DNA of 64,000 bases from Azolla caroliniana (Eukaryota > Plantae > Polypodiophyta), in assembly GCA_043228905.1 (NCBI GenBank), contig JBHGNT010000012.1, forward strand, positions 11,780,001 to 11,844,000, written 5' to 3'. This document shows positions 48,656-59,808 of the stretch, piece by piece. The notes beneath the pieces are model-generated. The model was not told the origin of the DNA. It saw only the letters and a program-made list of their open reading frames with translations, and did no database searches. The translations under genes and the position numbers were made by a program. The stretch's first letter is position 1, and every line of letters begins with the position of its first letter.

Positions 48656-51600
48656 GTGTGCAATCGTGTTGGTCCCAAGATTACTTGCTTTTGATTATCA
48701 AATGTTGCGTCACCAGGACGAGGTGCAAGATATGAACGCCGTGATAGTGCATCTGCTTTTCCTTGCTGCTTCCCCGGTCGATATGTGATTTTGAAGTCGA
48801 AACGCGTGAGGAATTGCGCCCACCGAGCTTGCCGTTGATTTAGTACGCAAGCGTTCTGAAAATAAGCAAGATTTTTATGATCGCTAAAGACAATGACCTG
48901 ATGTGGAGAGCCCTCTAAGAAATGCCACCATTGTACAAATGAATCCACGATGGCTAATAACTCCTTGTCATGTATTTCGTAGTTGATTTCTGCGACATCG
49001 AATTTGCGCGAATGGAAAGCCACCGGATGCAACTCTTCTTTATCGCCTTGTTGAGAAAGGATGCTACCGAGGGCGAAATCTGATGCGTCGGCCTCCATGA
49101 TGAATGGTTTGCTTGTATCCACATGAGCTAGAATCGGTGCTGATGTAAAGGCTTTCTTAAGATGCCGAAAAGCCATATCTGCTTCGATGGACCAAAGAAA
49201 TGCTTGGCCCTTCTTCGTAAGTTGTGTGAGAGGTAAAATAATCTTCGAGTAATCCTGTATAAACTTACGGTAGAAGTTAGCAAAACCTAGAAAACATTGT
49301 ACATCTCGTACCGACCGTGGAATTTGCCATTCTAGTACAGTTTGGATTTTAGTTGGATCCATGGCGATGCCCTTTGAGGAGATGACGTAGCCTAGAAATT
49401 CCACTTGCTTGCAGTCAAAGCTACATTTTTCTAGCTTGGCATAAAGACCATTCTCGCGGAGTCGCTTTAGTACTAATAGTACATGAGAATCGTGCTCTTC
49501 TTGGGTCTTCGAATAAATCAACAAATCATCCAGATAAATGATCAAACAGATATCCAAGAGGTCTCTGAATATATCATTTGCCATGTGTTGGAAGACTGCG
49601 GTGCGGGTGCATTGGTTAGGCCAAATGGCATAACAGTATACTCGAAATGCCCATACCGCGTGCGAAAAGCGGTCTTCCACTCATCTCCCGGTCGGATCCG
49701 CACGAGATTATACGCTCCTCGTAGGTCGATTTTAGTAAAAAACTTGGCACCATTAACTCGCTCTAAAAGACTTGATATAAGAGGAAGTGCATACCTATTC
49801 CGGATGGTGACTTTATTCAATCCGCGGTAATCAACGACAAGACGAAGTGAGCCATCTTTCTTCTTGACAAAGAAGATGGGTGCACCGGCCGGAGATTTCG
49901 AATGACGGATGAACCCGCTTGCCAAGTTCTCCTCTATGTAGGCTCGAAGGACTTCTAACTCGGTGGGTGACAAGTTGTAAATTGGTCCCCATGGTGGCTC
50001 AGTTCCTGGTTGTAAATCGATGGGACAGTCATAGGGATGGTGATGAGGAAGGGTACCGGCTTTTACCTTGTCAAATACATCGGCATAAGGATGATATTTT
50101 GCCGGAAGTTGTACTGAGGAGTCCTTCTTAATAGTGCTGGAAGGATGTACTGATATGGCAAATAGGATCATTGCCTCCTTGGGTCCTTCTTCGCGTAGTT
50201 GATGGAGTGAAATGGTCGAAACTCGGTGAGTTGATTCTTGGGGTGGTCGATATCGGACTTCTCTTGTTCTCCAATCTATGGCTGGATTATGTAATTCAAG
50301 CCAAGGTAATCCTAGGACAATGGGATGCTCTGGACTACTAATTATATTAAATGATATTATACACACAAAACTACCTAGGACAACTTGAATGGGTTCTGAT
50401 TCTTCTACAATATTCCCGGAAGCAATGGGACGACCATCAATGACCACTACAGATGCGGGACAAGGAAGTTTTCTTAAGGATATCTCAGAAGCTTGGGCAA
50501 AATTTCGATCCATGAAACAAGAATTAGCTCCGGAATCTAAAAGTGCTAGGACGGGTACTGGGGGAGTACTTTTAGTACTAACAATGACTTGGACTAGGAA
50601 CACCTCGCTAACTTGCTTGGAAGGAATGGAACCACTAATGGGCTGTACAGATCTAGGGCTGCTGTCCAACCAAATGGCTCCTATTTTGGCTGGACTCAAT
50701 CGTTTAACTCTTCATCTAATTGACTAAGGATTTCAAATTTATTTGAGATACTTGGGCTATTAGTACTATGAATACTATCTGACACTCTATTAGTACTATT
50801 AATACTATCAAACACTCCGAAGGGAAGAATTGACTCGGGTTTAGTATAGGCGACGATTTGATTTACCTGTCTTCTTGGCCTAGGGGGACAATTGATGGCG
50901 ATATGTCCTGGTCCACCGCAATAAAGACATAATCGATTGGCACGTCGTCGTTGCTTTTCTTCTTCCGATAACGGGCCACGTCGACGCATGGTATCGATCT
51001 CCATCGGTGTCGAAGTATTTGCTTGGGGTATGTCTCGTGCAAACGGTTTAGCCGCGACTGCGGCGTAAGTGGGCTCTGGCCTAGAGCGTGGTATTTGTAA
51101 TTGACGTTCTGAACGCCGTTCGAAAAGGCGGTTGTCACATCGAACTGCTCGACTGATTGCCTCCGTAAGAGACTTTGGTTCTTTGGGGAAGGTTAGAAGT
51201 AGATCTTTGACATCGTTTCGCAAGCCATAGCGAAACTGCTCCATTAGTGCTTGATCATCCCAGGGTATATCTGAAGCAAGTAGGCGGAAATCCGCCGCGT
51301 AAGCAAAGGCTGGACGATCGCCTTGACGCAATCGCCGGATCTTGTTGATCGTCGTCCTGATGCTGTCGGTGTCTCCAAAGCAGGCTTTAAACTCACCAAT
51401 AAAATCTTCAAAGTTATTAAGCAAGGGCGATTGTTTTTCTAGAAGCGGAGCGAACCATGCCAAGGCTGAGCCGCTAAGTAGCGTGCCTATTAGGCCGACT
51501 CGAGATGCATCAGTGGGATATCGGGAAGGATGCATCTGGATGACTAAGCGTACTTGATTAAGGAAACCCCGGAATTGCGAACGCGTTCCATCAAATTTCA

Positions 51601-52349
51601 CAGGAAGTCCAATCTTGGGCTCTTTATGAAATCCTTGGGGATTGGATCCTTGTTGTTGCAACGCTGCTTCGAGTTGTTGTACCCGTAACGCTAACTCCCC
51701 ATGTTGTTGTTGCGTTTGTTGTTTTTCTAGAGCGATTTGTTGCAGATCCCCTATCAGCCGTTGGTTTTCTTGTTCCAAGGCAACAAACTTTTCTTTTAGG
51801 CACTGTAGCTCGGAGAAAACGGATTGGTATTCTTGGGCGCTAACAGTAGCCATAGTATAGGGAAAAGGGTAGGAGGATGAGGGAGAGTGACAAGTAGGCT
51901 AGAGAAGAAAATTGGTTCAAACTGTCAGGAATAGTACTAAAACAGAGATGGAATTAGTACTAAGAAGAGTAGTACTATTAGTACTAAGGGGACGGGACTG
52001 CGTAAGATTCCCGAGAAAGAGGAAGTGAGAAGAGGAGAGAGAGAGAGAAATAGGATGATGACAACAGCTCTTATATTATATGAAAGATAAGTACAATCGA
52101 CTAAGAGGCTTAAGACTGGTGTTGAACCAATTTGGTTCAAAACAATGCCTTGTGCCTCCTTTTATAGTGTTTTTTAGGAATAATCCTGAAACTTCTAGAA
52201 TGTTCCAGAGAGATCTGGAATATACATCAGTTTTCTATGATAAAGTATAAATGAAAATAATATCCTACAAAATACAATTCATTGTCATGATGGTAAGAGC
52301 TCGACTCATGTAGCATAAGGTCATGGGTTCGAGTCTTGCCATCATGACA
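48656..52349 (-). mobile_element. Tcn1-like chromovirus, 5' half (LTR, gag, PR, RT, RH), 3' truncated
   Basis: LTR 51923-52349, intact gag ORF 50696-51853 ([14 protein letters not shown]), pol ORFs 49542-50699 and 48628-49680. Confidence 0.92.
50696..51853 (-). CDS. gag: Chromovirus Gag (385 aa)
   Basis: Open ORF with [11 protein letters not shown] capsid motif and a CCHC knuckle. Confidence 0.85.
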   Translation of the reverse strand: MATVSAQEYQSVFSELQCLKEKFVALEQENQRLIGDLQQIALEKQQTQQQHGELALRVQQLEAALQQQGSNPQGFHKEPKIGLPVKFDGTRSQFRGFLNQVRLVIQMHPSRYPTDASRVGLIGTLLSGSALAWFAPLLEKQSPLLNNFEDFIGEFKACFGDTDSIRTTINKIRRLRQGDRPAFAYAADFRLLASDIPWDDQALMEQFRYGLRNDVKDLLLTFPKEPKSLTEAISRAVRCDNRLFERRSERQLQIPRSRPEPTYAAVAAKPFARDIPQANTSTPMEIDTMRRRGPLSEEEKQRRRANRLCLYCGGPGHIAINCPPRPRRQVNQIVAYTKPESILPFGVFDSINSTNRVSDSIHSTNSPSISNKFEILSQLDEELND

Positions 52350-55300
52350 ACTACCCCCCCCCCCCGGATATGCCTATGTACCTAATTCCCTATTATATAC
52401 ATTAAAGGGCGCGCACGCGTGAAGAGCCGGTTCACGCGCGTTATGCACCGATTGCGCTAAGGGACGGTTTTCTTCACGACATCCGCCCCCACCTAACCGC
52501 ACATCCACCGGTATGCGCCAAAATTGTGCTCTGGTTGGAGAAAACCGGTCCGAGTTCCGGTTCTTCATCCATCGGTTCGTCCTCCGTTTCGGACTATTCG
52601 TCGTCACTGTCCAGGCCTCTTAGATCCGGTTCGCCGTCGTGGCACTTCTTGAACGCTTTGATCCGCTTCCCCGCCACCGGTATCGCCATCCTCGTACCGT
52701 CGAGTTCCGCCAGGTGATACGTCCCGTTGTCATTGGCGCTCGTTACCACGTAAGGCCCGAACCACCGCTTCGCAAACTTCCGTGTTGCTCGATGCTGGTT
52801 GTCGAGGCTGCTGTCGTAGACTAGCACCCAGTCGCCTTCCTCGATTTTCTTCGGTCGGAGCCGGTGCGTTCGGTCGAACCGGGCTTTGTTCTTCATCCTC
52901 GCCGTCTGAAGTCTCTCCGCCGCTCATTCCACGTCCTCTGGCCTCCGCTCGAGCTGCCGTATACGCGCCGCTAGCAGTTCTTCCCGACTCATCTCATCTC
53001 TCCAGTCTACTGTCGCCCAAGAGGAGATCGTCCGTTCCATCGGCATGATCGGCTTCTGTCCGAACATGAACTCTGACGGCATGAACCCGGTTACCGAACT
53101 GTGCGTTGTCCGGTCCGCCCACAAGGCATAGGGTAATAGTCGTGGCTAGTTCCCGACCTGTCCTTCGCATGCCCGGACTAACGCTTTGATGATCGGTCTG
53201 TGTCCGTGCTCCACCTTCCCGTTTGCCTCCGGATTGTCCGCTGTGGTGAGCGAGAGCTTGACCCCTTACCTTCCGGTCCACAGTCTTGTACCTTCGTGTT
53301 AACCCGTGCTGTCCGATCCGATTCGAGCCCTCGACTGAAGTCCGCGATGACTTCGTACATCTCTTCTGAACAAACCGGTATCGTCCGGTCCTCTTTAAGG
53401 CCCTCTCCGACCACCTCTCGCAGTATTCCCAAGGTATCGTCGAAGGAGACCGCCTCCACGGCTCCGTTGATTTCCTCGCTGGGCCCGAGAACTCCGCACG
53501 CCCGAAGTCGCTCTTCCGCCCTTGTCTTTTCTCGGCCAACGACGCCGACTATCGTACACCCTCCGTTGTCAGAGAAACAAAACTTCCTACTTATGGTACA
53601 AGGTTTCTTCGGTTTCGCCTCTATCGTACATTTGTGGGGTTTTCCCGAAGTGTCCGGACTGTCGCGGCCCCACGCCTTGACAACCCTCTTTAAAAATCCT
53701 CTTGGTTCTCGCCACCGAGGGACTCGCGGTTTCGCTCGTGGTTCGGTCGCACCGTCAGGAACTGGACCGAATGACGCCCGTCCTGACTCTTGACCCTCGC
53801 GTAAGCCGACCCGTTGTCCAGCACCTTGGTCTCCATCCGCGCTGCCGTAATGTACGGTTCTCCCAGTATGACCGGGTGCGAGGACGTCTCCTGCACAAAG
53901 AAGTGCTGGTCTATCTCGACGTCGCCGATCTTGACTCACACGTTTGGGCAGGCCCCGTGTAGTTCCTCGGTGGCGCGCGTCGCCGCCCGTATCTTCCACC
54001 CATGCTTGGTGTTGATCGACCATTTCCCCTTCATGTAGAAGTCCATGGACATCAGGTTTATTTCCGAACCGTGGTCCACCAGCGCCACCACCGGTTCTTG
54101 AACATCTCCGATCTTCACCGGGGTTTCCGTGGTCGCTCGGGCCCAGTGTCGCTCTCTGCCCACTCGTCTTCCATCGCCATGTCCTCCATGTGCGTCGTCC
54201 GCACCTCCACCGGCCTTTCCGGTTCTGCCTCCGTCAACAGCCTCTTCCTCTTCACCAAGTCTACGATGGAGTCATGGAACTCCTTGGCGATTCCGAGCAC
54301 CTCCCGCAACGACAGTTCCACCTTGCTGTCGAGGATTCGTTCTTCCAGGACCTTTCGTAGGTCCGTGGTCCTTTCGATCTCCATGCCCAACCGGTATCTG
54401 CCCTTCTTGTGGTTATCCCGGGCACTGGTCTCATCGGCCTCGTTCTGTTTCGGCCTGAATCGGGTTTCGTATCTCTGTGAGGGTCCGGCCCCTCCGGTTT
54501 TACCTACTCGTTTGTCTTCAACCAGAGCCTCGTAGTTCTGGCAAGCTGCTTCAACGAAACCCGTCTTTTCTTTGACCGGGTCACTCCACCCGGTTACATC
54601 CTGGACCCGCCTCTCCGCGCGGTTCGCCTCGTCTTTCTTTAGTCGGGCACCGGCGAGGCCTTCCAGCACCGTCGGCCAGAACCGGGCTTTGCTCTCCTTC
54701 CGGGCCTCGCTGCCCCCGACCCGAATGCCGGCTGACGCTGAGTAGTGGACGGTCTCCCCGTGCCAGGCCGCCGCCTCTTCCATCAGCCTTTTCATTCCTC
54801 CTCGCCCGTCGTTTCGGTTCAGGGCCCTCCGGGTATCGCTAGCGTGCACCCGACCTTCCCACAGGTACACTACCCGGCTTCTCAAAGCCTCCGCAAAGTC
54901 CCCGCAGTCTTTCCGGATGTGGCTGACCTCGTCGCACCACATGCACCTATTTCCTGCTGTAGGCCGTCGGTCACGAGCCTGTTTGCCACCTTCCCTCCGA
55001 GCCTGGGCGATCTGGAGATCCTTTACCGCCCGTGTCAATTCCTCCAAAGTTGTTCCCCTGGACGAGCCTCTGACCACACCGGTCGAAGCCGAACCGGTTC
55101 CGAGCCACTCCCGGGTCTCTTCCTGTCGCGCCGGCGATATCGGTTCGAGCTTCCTTGCTGCGACAGGACCCGCCCCGATCGCCCCTGTATCAGCCCACTC
55201 CCACCGCTTGTCAAAACGGCCGCAGACTCTTTTTACCGCGGCCCAGTCGGCCGTCAGCCCGTCTTCGGTTTCCAATAAGGAGCCCACTTGCTCCCGATCC

Positions 55301-56329
55301 CGTGCGTCAACCGATTTGACAAACAGTAGGACACGACTTGTGTCCAGAATGGTCCGATCGAGCGCCGAAAGGCGCGCAAAGCGATCCTCAAACTCCCGGA
55401 GGAGTGCCGACGCATTTCTTCCTTTGTCAGGGGACTCCACCCACTCCATGAAGCTCCGCTTCGAAAGTCGAAGCGCGTCGTCCAGCCCGTATTTCTCCAG
55501 GAGCCGTCCTTCAAACTCCTCCCAGGTTCGGCTTTCCGCCCGGACCTCGAGCACCTCCGCATGGATGCCCGGCATTGCCACTCGAGGGAATCCGACAAGA
55601 CGCCTCTCTTCCGGAATATCCCTCATCAACATCTCCGCCCGGTAGGACGCCAAATAACTCGTGGCATCCTTTCCACTGAACCGGCCGATCATACCGACGA
55701 TCGCCTCAATAGCCCTGTCAAGGGCGCCGGTGCCCTCGCGCGCGCTCACTATCCGGTCCACGGCCGAAGCCATGGCCTCTGCAAGATCCGACCCCCTCAT
55801 CTTCTGCTCCTCTGCCGCCTTGTTTCATGTCTGGTTCACCAAAGATATCGTGTTACTACGTGCGTGCGTGGAGAAACGAGGCAGGACCACCGGGGTCTTG
55901 AACCAAAGAGCAGGTGATAGGAGGGGAAAGAGAAAGAGAGAGACGACCGGTAACGTATGAGCAAAGAGACATAGGGGCACGGCCCGTCAACGCAGAAAAA
56001 ACGAATGGACACAGAGACAGAGAGACACGAATGTTTGTATATTAACAAATGACACAAAACAACAGAGCACACGAACGGTTACAACCGAACAGGCCGACGA
56101 ACAGATGCCTTCTCCCCTGCGTCTCCCTCTCTTTTATAGCTTCAGGAAGGGAGCCGTCTCCCTCATTTACTTCCTACCTACCGAATCTAACTACCCCCCC
56201 CCCCCCCCCCCCCGGATATGCCTATGTACCTAATTCCCTATTATATACATTAAAGGGCGCGCACGCGTGAAGAGCCGGTTCACGCACGTTATGCACCGAT
56301 TGTGCTTAGGGACGGTTTTCTTCACGACA
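52350..56329 (-). mobile_element. tRNA-Trp-primed gypsy with gag-PR and INT C-terminus; RT/RH deleted
   Basis: 5' LTR 55846-56329, partial 3' LTR 52350-52481, PBS at 55841-55824, PPT after 52481. gag ORF 54115-55800, PR ALVDHGSEINLM, INT WFGPYVV. Confidence 0.88.
54115..55800 (-). CDS. gag: Gypsy Gag (561 aa)
   Basis: Open ORF with FSGKDATSYL and a CMWCDEVSHIRKDC knuckle. Confidence 0.8.
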   Translation of the reverse strand: MRGSDLAEAMASAVDRIVSAREGTGALDRAIEAIVGMIGRFSGKDATSYLASYRAEMLMRDIPEERRLVGFPRVAMPGIHAEVLEVRAESRTWEEFEGRLLEKYGLDDALRLSKRSFMEWVESPDKGRNASALLREFEDRFARLSALDRTILDTSRVLLFVKSVDARDREQVGSLLETEDGLTADWAAVKRVCGRFDKRWEWADTGAIGAGPVAARKLEPISPARQEETREWLGTGSASTGVVRGSSRGTTLEELTRAVKDLQIAQARREGGKQARDRRPTAGNRCMWCDEVSHIRKDCGDFAEALRSRVVYLWEGRVHASDTRRALNRNDGRGGMKRLMEEAAAWHGETVHYSASAGIRVGGSEARKESKARFWPTVLEGLAGARLKKDEANRAERRVQDVTGWSDPVKEKTGFVEAACQNYEALVEDKRVGKTGGAGPSQRYETRFRPKQNEADETSARDNHKKGRYRLGMEIERTTDLRKVLEERILDSKVELSLREVLGIAKEFHDSIVDLVKRKRLLTEAEPERPVEVRTTHMEDMAMEDEWAESDTGPERPRKPR

Positions 56330-57664
56330 ACGTGTTACATGTCCCAACAATTACGAAGAAGTTGGTGTCGGTCGGACAGATCGTCGACCAGGGGATGCAA
56401 GTCCGGTTCACACATCTCAGGTGTTTCATCGAGGAAGAAGGCCAAGTTATTGTGCAAGGGCGCAGAGATGGGAGGATGTTCATCCTCGACACCAATGATG
56501 TAGGCACCACCATGTTCGCGAAAGGGAAAAAAGTCGAGTCGGATGGCGGAAAAGAGTACTTTTCCGGCCAATTCAACAGTTATTTGCAACAAATGGGAAT
56601 TCAGCACGAATTCAATTGCAGGTATATGCCGGAGCAAAATGGCGTAGTCGAAAGGAAGAATCGGTCAGTTGTGGAAGCGGCGCGGGAAATGCTGGAAGAA
56701 AAGAGCATGCCCAAGTTCTATTGGGCCGAAGCGGTCCGAACCGCGGTCTACATCCAGAATCGGATCGGAGAATAAGTGTCAACACATGAGCTGTATTTCA
56801 GAAGGAAGTCGAATCTACGACACTTGAGGGTTTTCAGTAGCATCACGTATGTGCATGTGCCAAAGGAGAAGCGGAGGAAGCTTGATGCGAAAGCCAAGAA
56901 GTGTATCTTGGTTGGCTACTTGGACAAATAGAAGGGTTATAAGTGTTATAACCCCCGAACCAAAGAAGCTCGCGTAAGTCACCATGTTGTGTTCGATGAG
57001 TCCGTGTCTTGGTATTTGCCTCCGACTTCGGACCTCAATTCCAATTCGAGTTCTGAAGATGAGGTCAGCTGGGCTGAGATGCCTCCTTATGAACGTGAAG
57101 ATGGCACTCTAGAAGAGAGTCTGATCTCATTTCGACTAAGTGGACCAAATGAGCAAATGAGTCGGTTTGACCAATAAGATGAAGAACTGGTGAGTAGTGG
57201 AGACTCGGTCGTGCATTCCCGGCGCGGGAAGCCAAAGAGATGGCTTACGCGCGAAGGACAGGGAAAGACGAAGATGCCAAACTATGGCACGGATAGGGAC
57301 GAGTCGGATCGACGCGAATCTGACTCCGAGAAGAGCGATGACGGGTCTTCAAGAACGAAGTCCGCATCGGCCAGAACGGCCTCAACATCGGCTAATGCGC
57401 AATTACGCTGATCTACCCACTAGAAGAGAACCCTATTGTGCGCTTCGGATACAACGAGTACATGGCGCATCACTATGCGTACATGATAGGTGTAGCGGAA
57501 GTGCGTGAGCCGGAGAGCTACGTAGAAGCAGCAAAGGACGCGAATTGGCATGCCGCCATAGAGGAAGAGATGAACGCACTTGCGGAGAATGAAACCTAGG
57601 ACCTGGTTGACGCCCCCAAGGGTGTAAAGCCGATTGGATACAAGTGGGTGTTCAAGGTCAAGTA
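56330..57664 (+). mobile_element. Copia PR-INT-RT fragment (host of the flanking insertions)
   Basis: VLHVPTITKKLVSVGQ, PEQNGVVERKNR, KWVFKVKY. Confidence 0.85.
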
Positions 57665-57683
57665 TGTTGGGAGACAGGTCCCT

Positions 57684-58035
57684 CCGGATGGGAAACCGGA
57701 TGACGAGTGCCCGACTACGGAGAGCCGGATGGTACAGACCCGGTGAAGACCGGATGAGGAGTACCCGGCTACAGAGGACCGGATGGTACAGACCCGGTGA
57801 AGACCGGATGAGGAGTACCCGGCTACGGGGGACCGGATGGTGCAGGCCCGGTGAGAACCGGATGAGGAGTACCCGGCTATGGAGGACCAGATGGTGCCGG
57901 CCCGGTGAGAACCAGATGAGGAGTACCCGGCTACGGAGGACCGGATGGTGCAGGCCCGGTGAGAACCGGATGAGGAGTACCCGACTACGGAGAGCCAGAT
58001 GGTGAAGACCCGGTGAGGAGTGCTCTCCGGATGAA
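57684..58035 (+). repeat. 54-bp CCGG-rich tandem repeat in copia LTR U3 (also about 63212-63563)
   Basis: CCGGATGGT..CCCGGTGAGAACCGGATGAGGAGTACCCGGCTACGGAGGA, about 6 copies with a 54-bp period. Confidence 0.9.
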
Positions 58036-59161
58036 GAGACATATTCGTAAATATGTCTCTGAGAGTCCATCGTGGCTATATTTGTAAATAGCCGAAAAGT
58101 CATATTAGTATAAATATGACTTAGGGCAAACCTTTTTTTGTTGTAACTGTTGTTGTTAATTCTTGTCTGCGCGAGATCAGAGCGCGTAACTGTGTACAGA
58201 GAGAGAGATAGAGAGAGAGAGAGGCAGAGGTCATTGCCTCTGTTCTAACCGCCGCTTGTGGCGAAGATCGTGAGCACGAGGTCGTTGCCTCCGTGAACTC
58301 ACTGTTGTATATTCTAGCATAGTGATAGTTTGCAGCCTGTGGGCTGCCGTGGTTTTTCCCTAGTTTGGGTTTTCCACATAAACATCCTATGTACTCTTCT
58401 CTTCTCTGTGTCGTGTTTTATTTCCCGTTTTCTGTGTATGATTCAAAGCTGGGTTGTGGCCGAGCGTTGTGCATAAGGAGCCTTGAATTCCCGTCAAGTG
58501 GTATCATAGCGAAACGACACAGAAAATGGACGATTCGTTTGGCGGTATGTTCAAGCTCACCGGCTCCAACTATTCGGTGTGGAAGTCGAAGATGAGGGAC
58601 ATGCTCGTGGTTAAAGACCTCTGGCTGCCGGTTCAGTTCGGGGACAAGAGACCGGACAAAATCGACGCCGCGATATGGGAGGTGATGCACATGAAGACAA
58701 CGGCATACATACGGTGCTTCATCGACATGAGTCTGTACAACAACTTCAATGAAGAGAGCAAGGCTCATGAACTCTGGGAGAAGATCGGCATAATGTTTCA
58801 AAACAAAAATGTTGTTAATCAGGTCTCGGTATTCCGGAATCTAGTAAGACTCTAGTACCAAGATGGCTCCAGCATGGCGGAGCACATGAATGCCTTCCAA
58901 GGGCTGATCCACCAGGCAACTTCATTGGAAGTACCTCTCGCCGATGAGGTACTAGCGCTACTCCTGCTCGGTTCCCTCCCGGATAGCTGGGAGACGTTGG
59001 TTGTCACTTTGGGCAACGCCGGGCCGGAAGGAAAGCGGTTATCCCTAGCAAGAGTAAAGTCGAGCTTGCTAGATGAGGAGGCGCGTCGGAAAGACAAAGA
59101 TACGAGCTCCGACTCCAAAGCGCTCCTTACCGAATCGGAACGCGGAAGACATAGAAACCGT

Positions 59162-59808
59162 TGTCGAGGTATTCCTCGCGGATGCGTGGAATGAGGCGGG
59201 ACCTCGGGGGTCTTGTACCGAAGAGCAAGAGAGAAAGGAGAAGGGAAGGGACCCACTACGTGCTAGCGTAGACTCACAGGGACACGGCCCTTCGACACAA
59301 AGACGCGAATGGGACACCGACACAGAGAGACACGAATGTGTGTATATATATATATTAACAAGACAAACAACAAGAAACACGAAGTCGGTTACAACCGAAC
59401 AGGCCGGCGAACAAATGTCGATGCATGTTCGTAAACGCACAGAAAGAAAGGAGTAGGTTGGAGGTGCTGCCGGAAGCACTCGGGCATTCCTCAGAGCAGC
59501 GTGAGCCTCCCGAACCCTGCACAGCAAGAAGCTACGGAGTTTGCGAGAGAGAGAGAAGCCTTTGGCCCACAAACCGACAACACTTCGTCCTCCTCTCTCC
59601 GCGATCCCTTCCCCCTTCTCGTCTCCCTCCTTTTATAGGCAAGGAAGGAGCCGTTTCCCATTAACTTCCTACCTACTGAATCTACCTACCTAGGATCTTC
59701 TATGTACCTAATTCTCTCTTATGTACAACATAAGGCGTACGTGCATGAAGAGCCGGTTCCTACGCTCCGGTGCACCGATTCCGCTTGTGGACGGTTTTCT
59801 TCACGACA
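59162..59808 (-). mobile_element. Solo LTR of the tRNA-Trp gypsy family inserted in copia gag
   Basis: Reads TGTCG...TTCTTCACGACA with a perfect 4-bp TSD CCGT. Confidence 0.92.

Noticed and set aside
57420-58103. Repeat-protein genes (also 63023-63631, 32062-32746)
   Set aside because: These are ORFs created by the 54-bp LTR tandem repeat.
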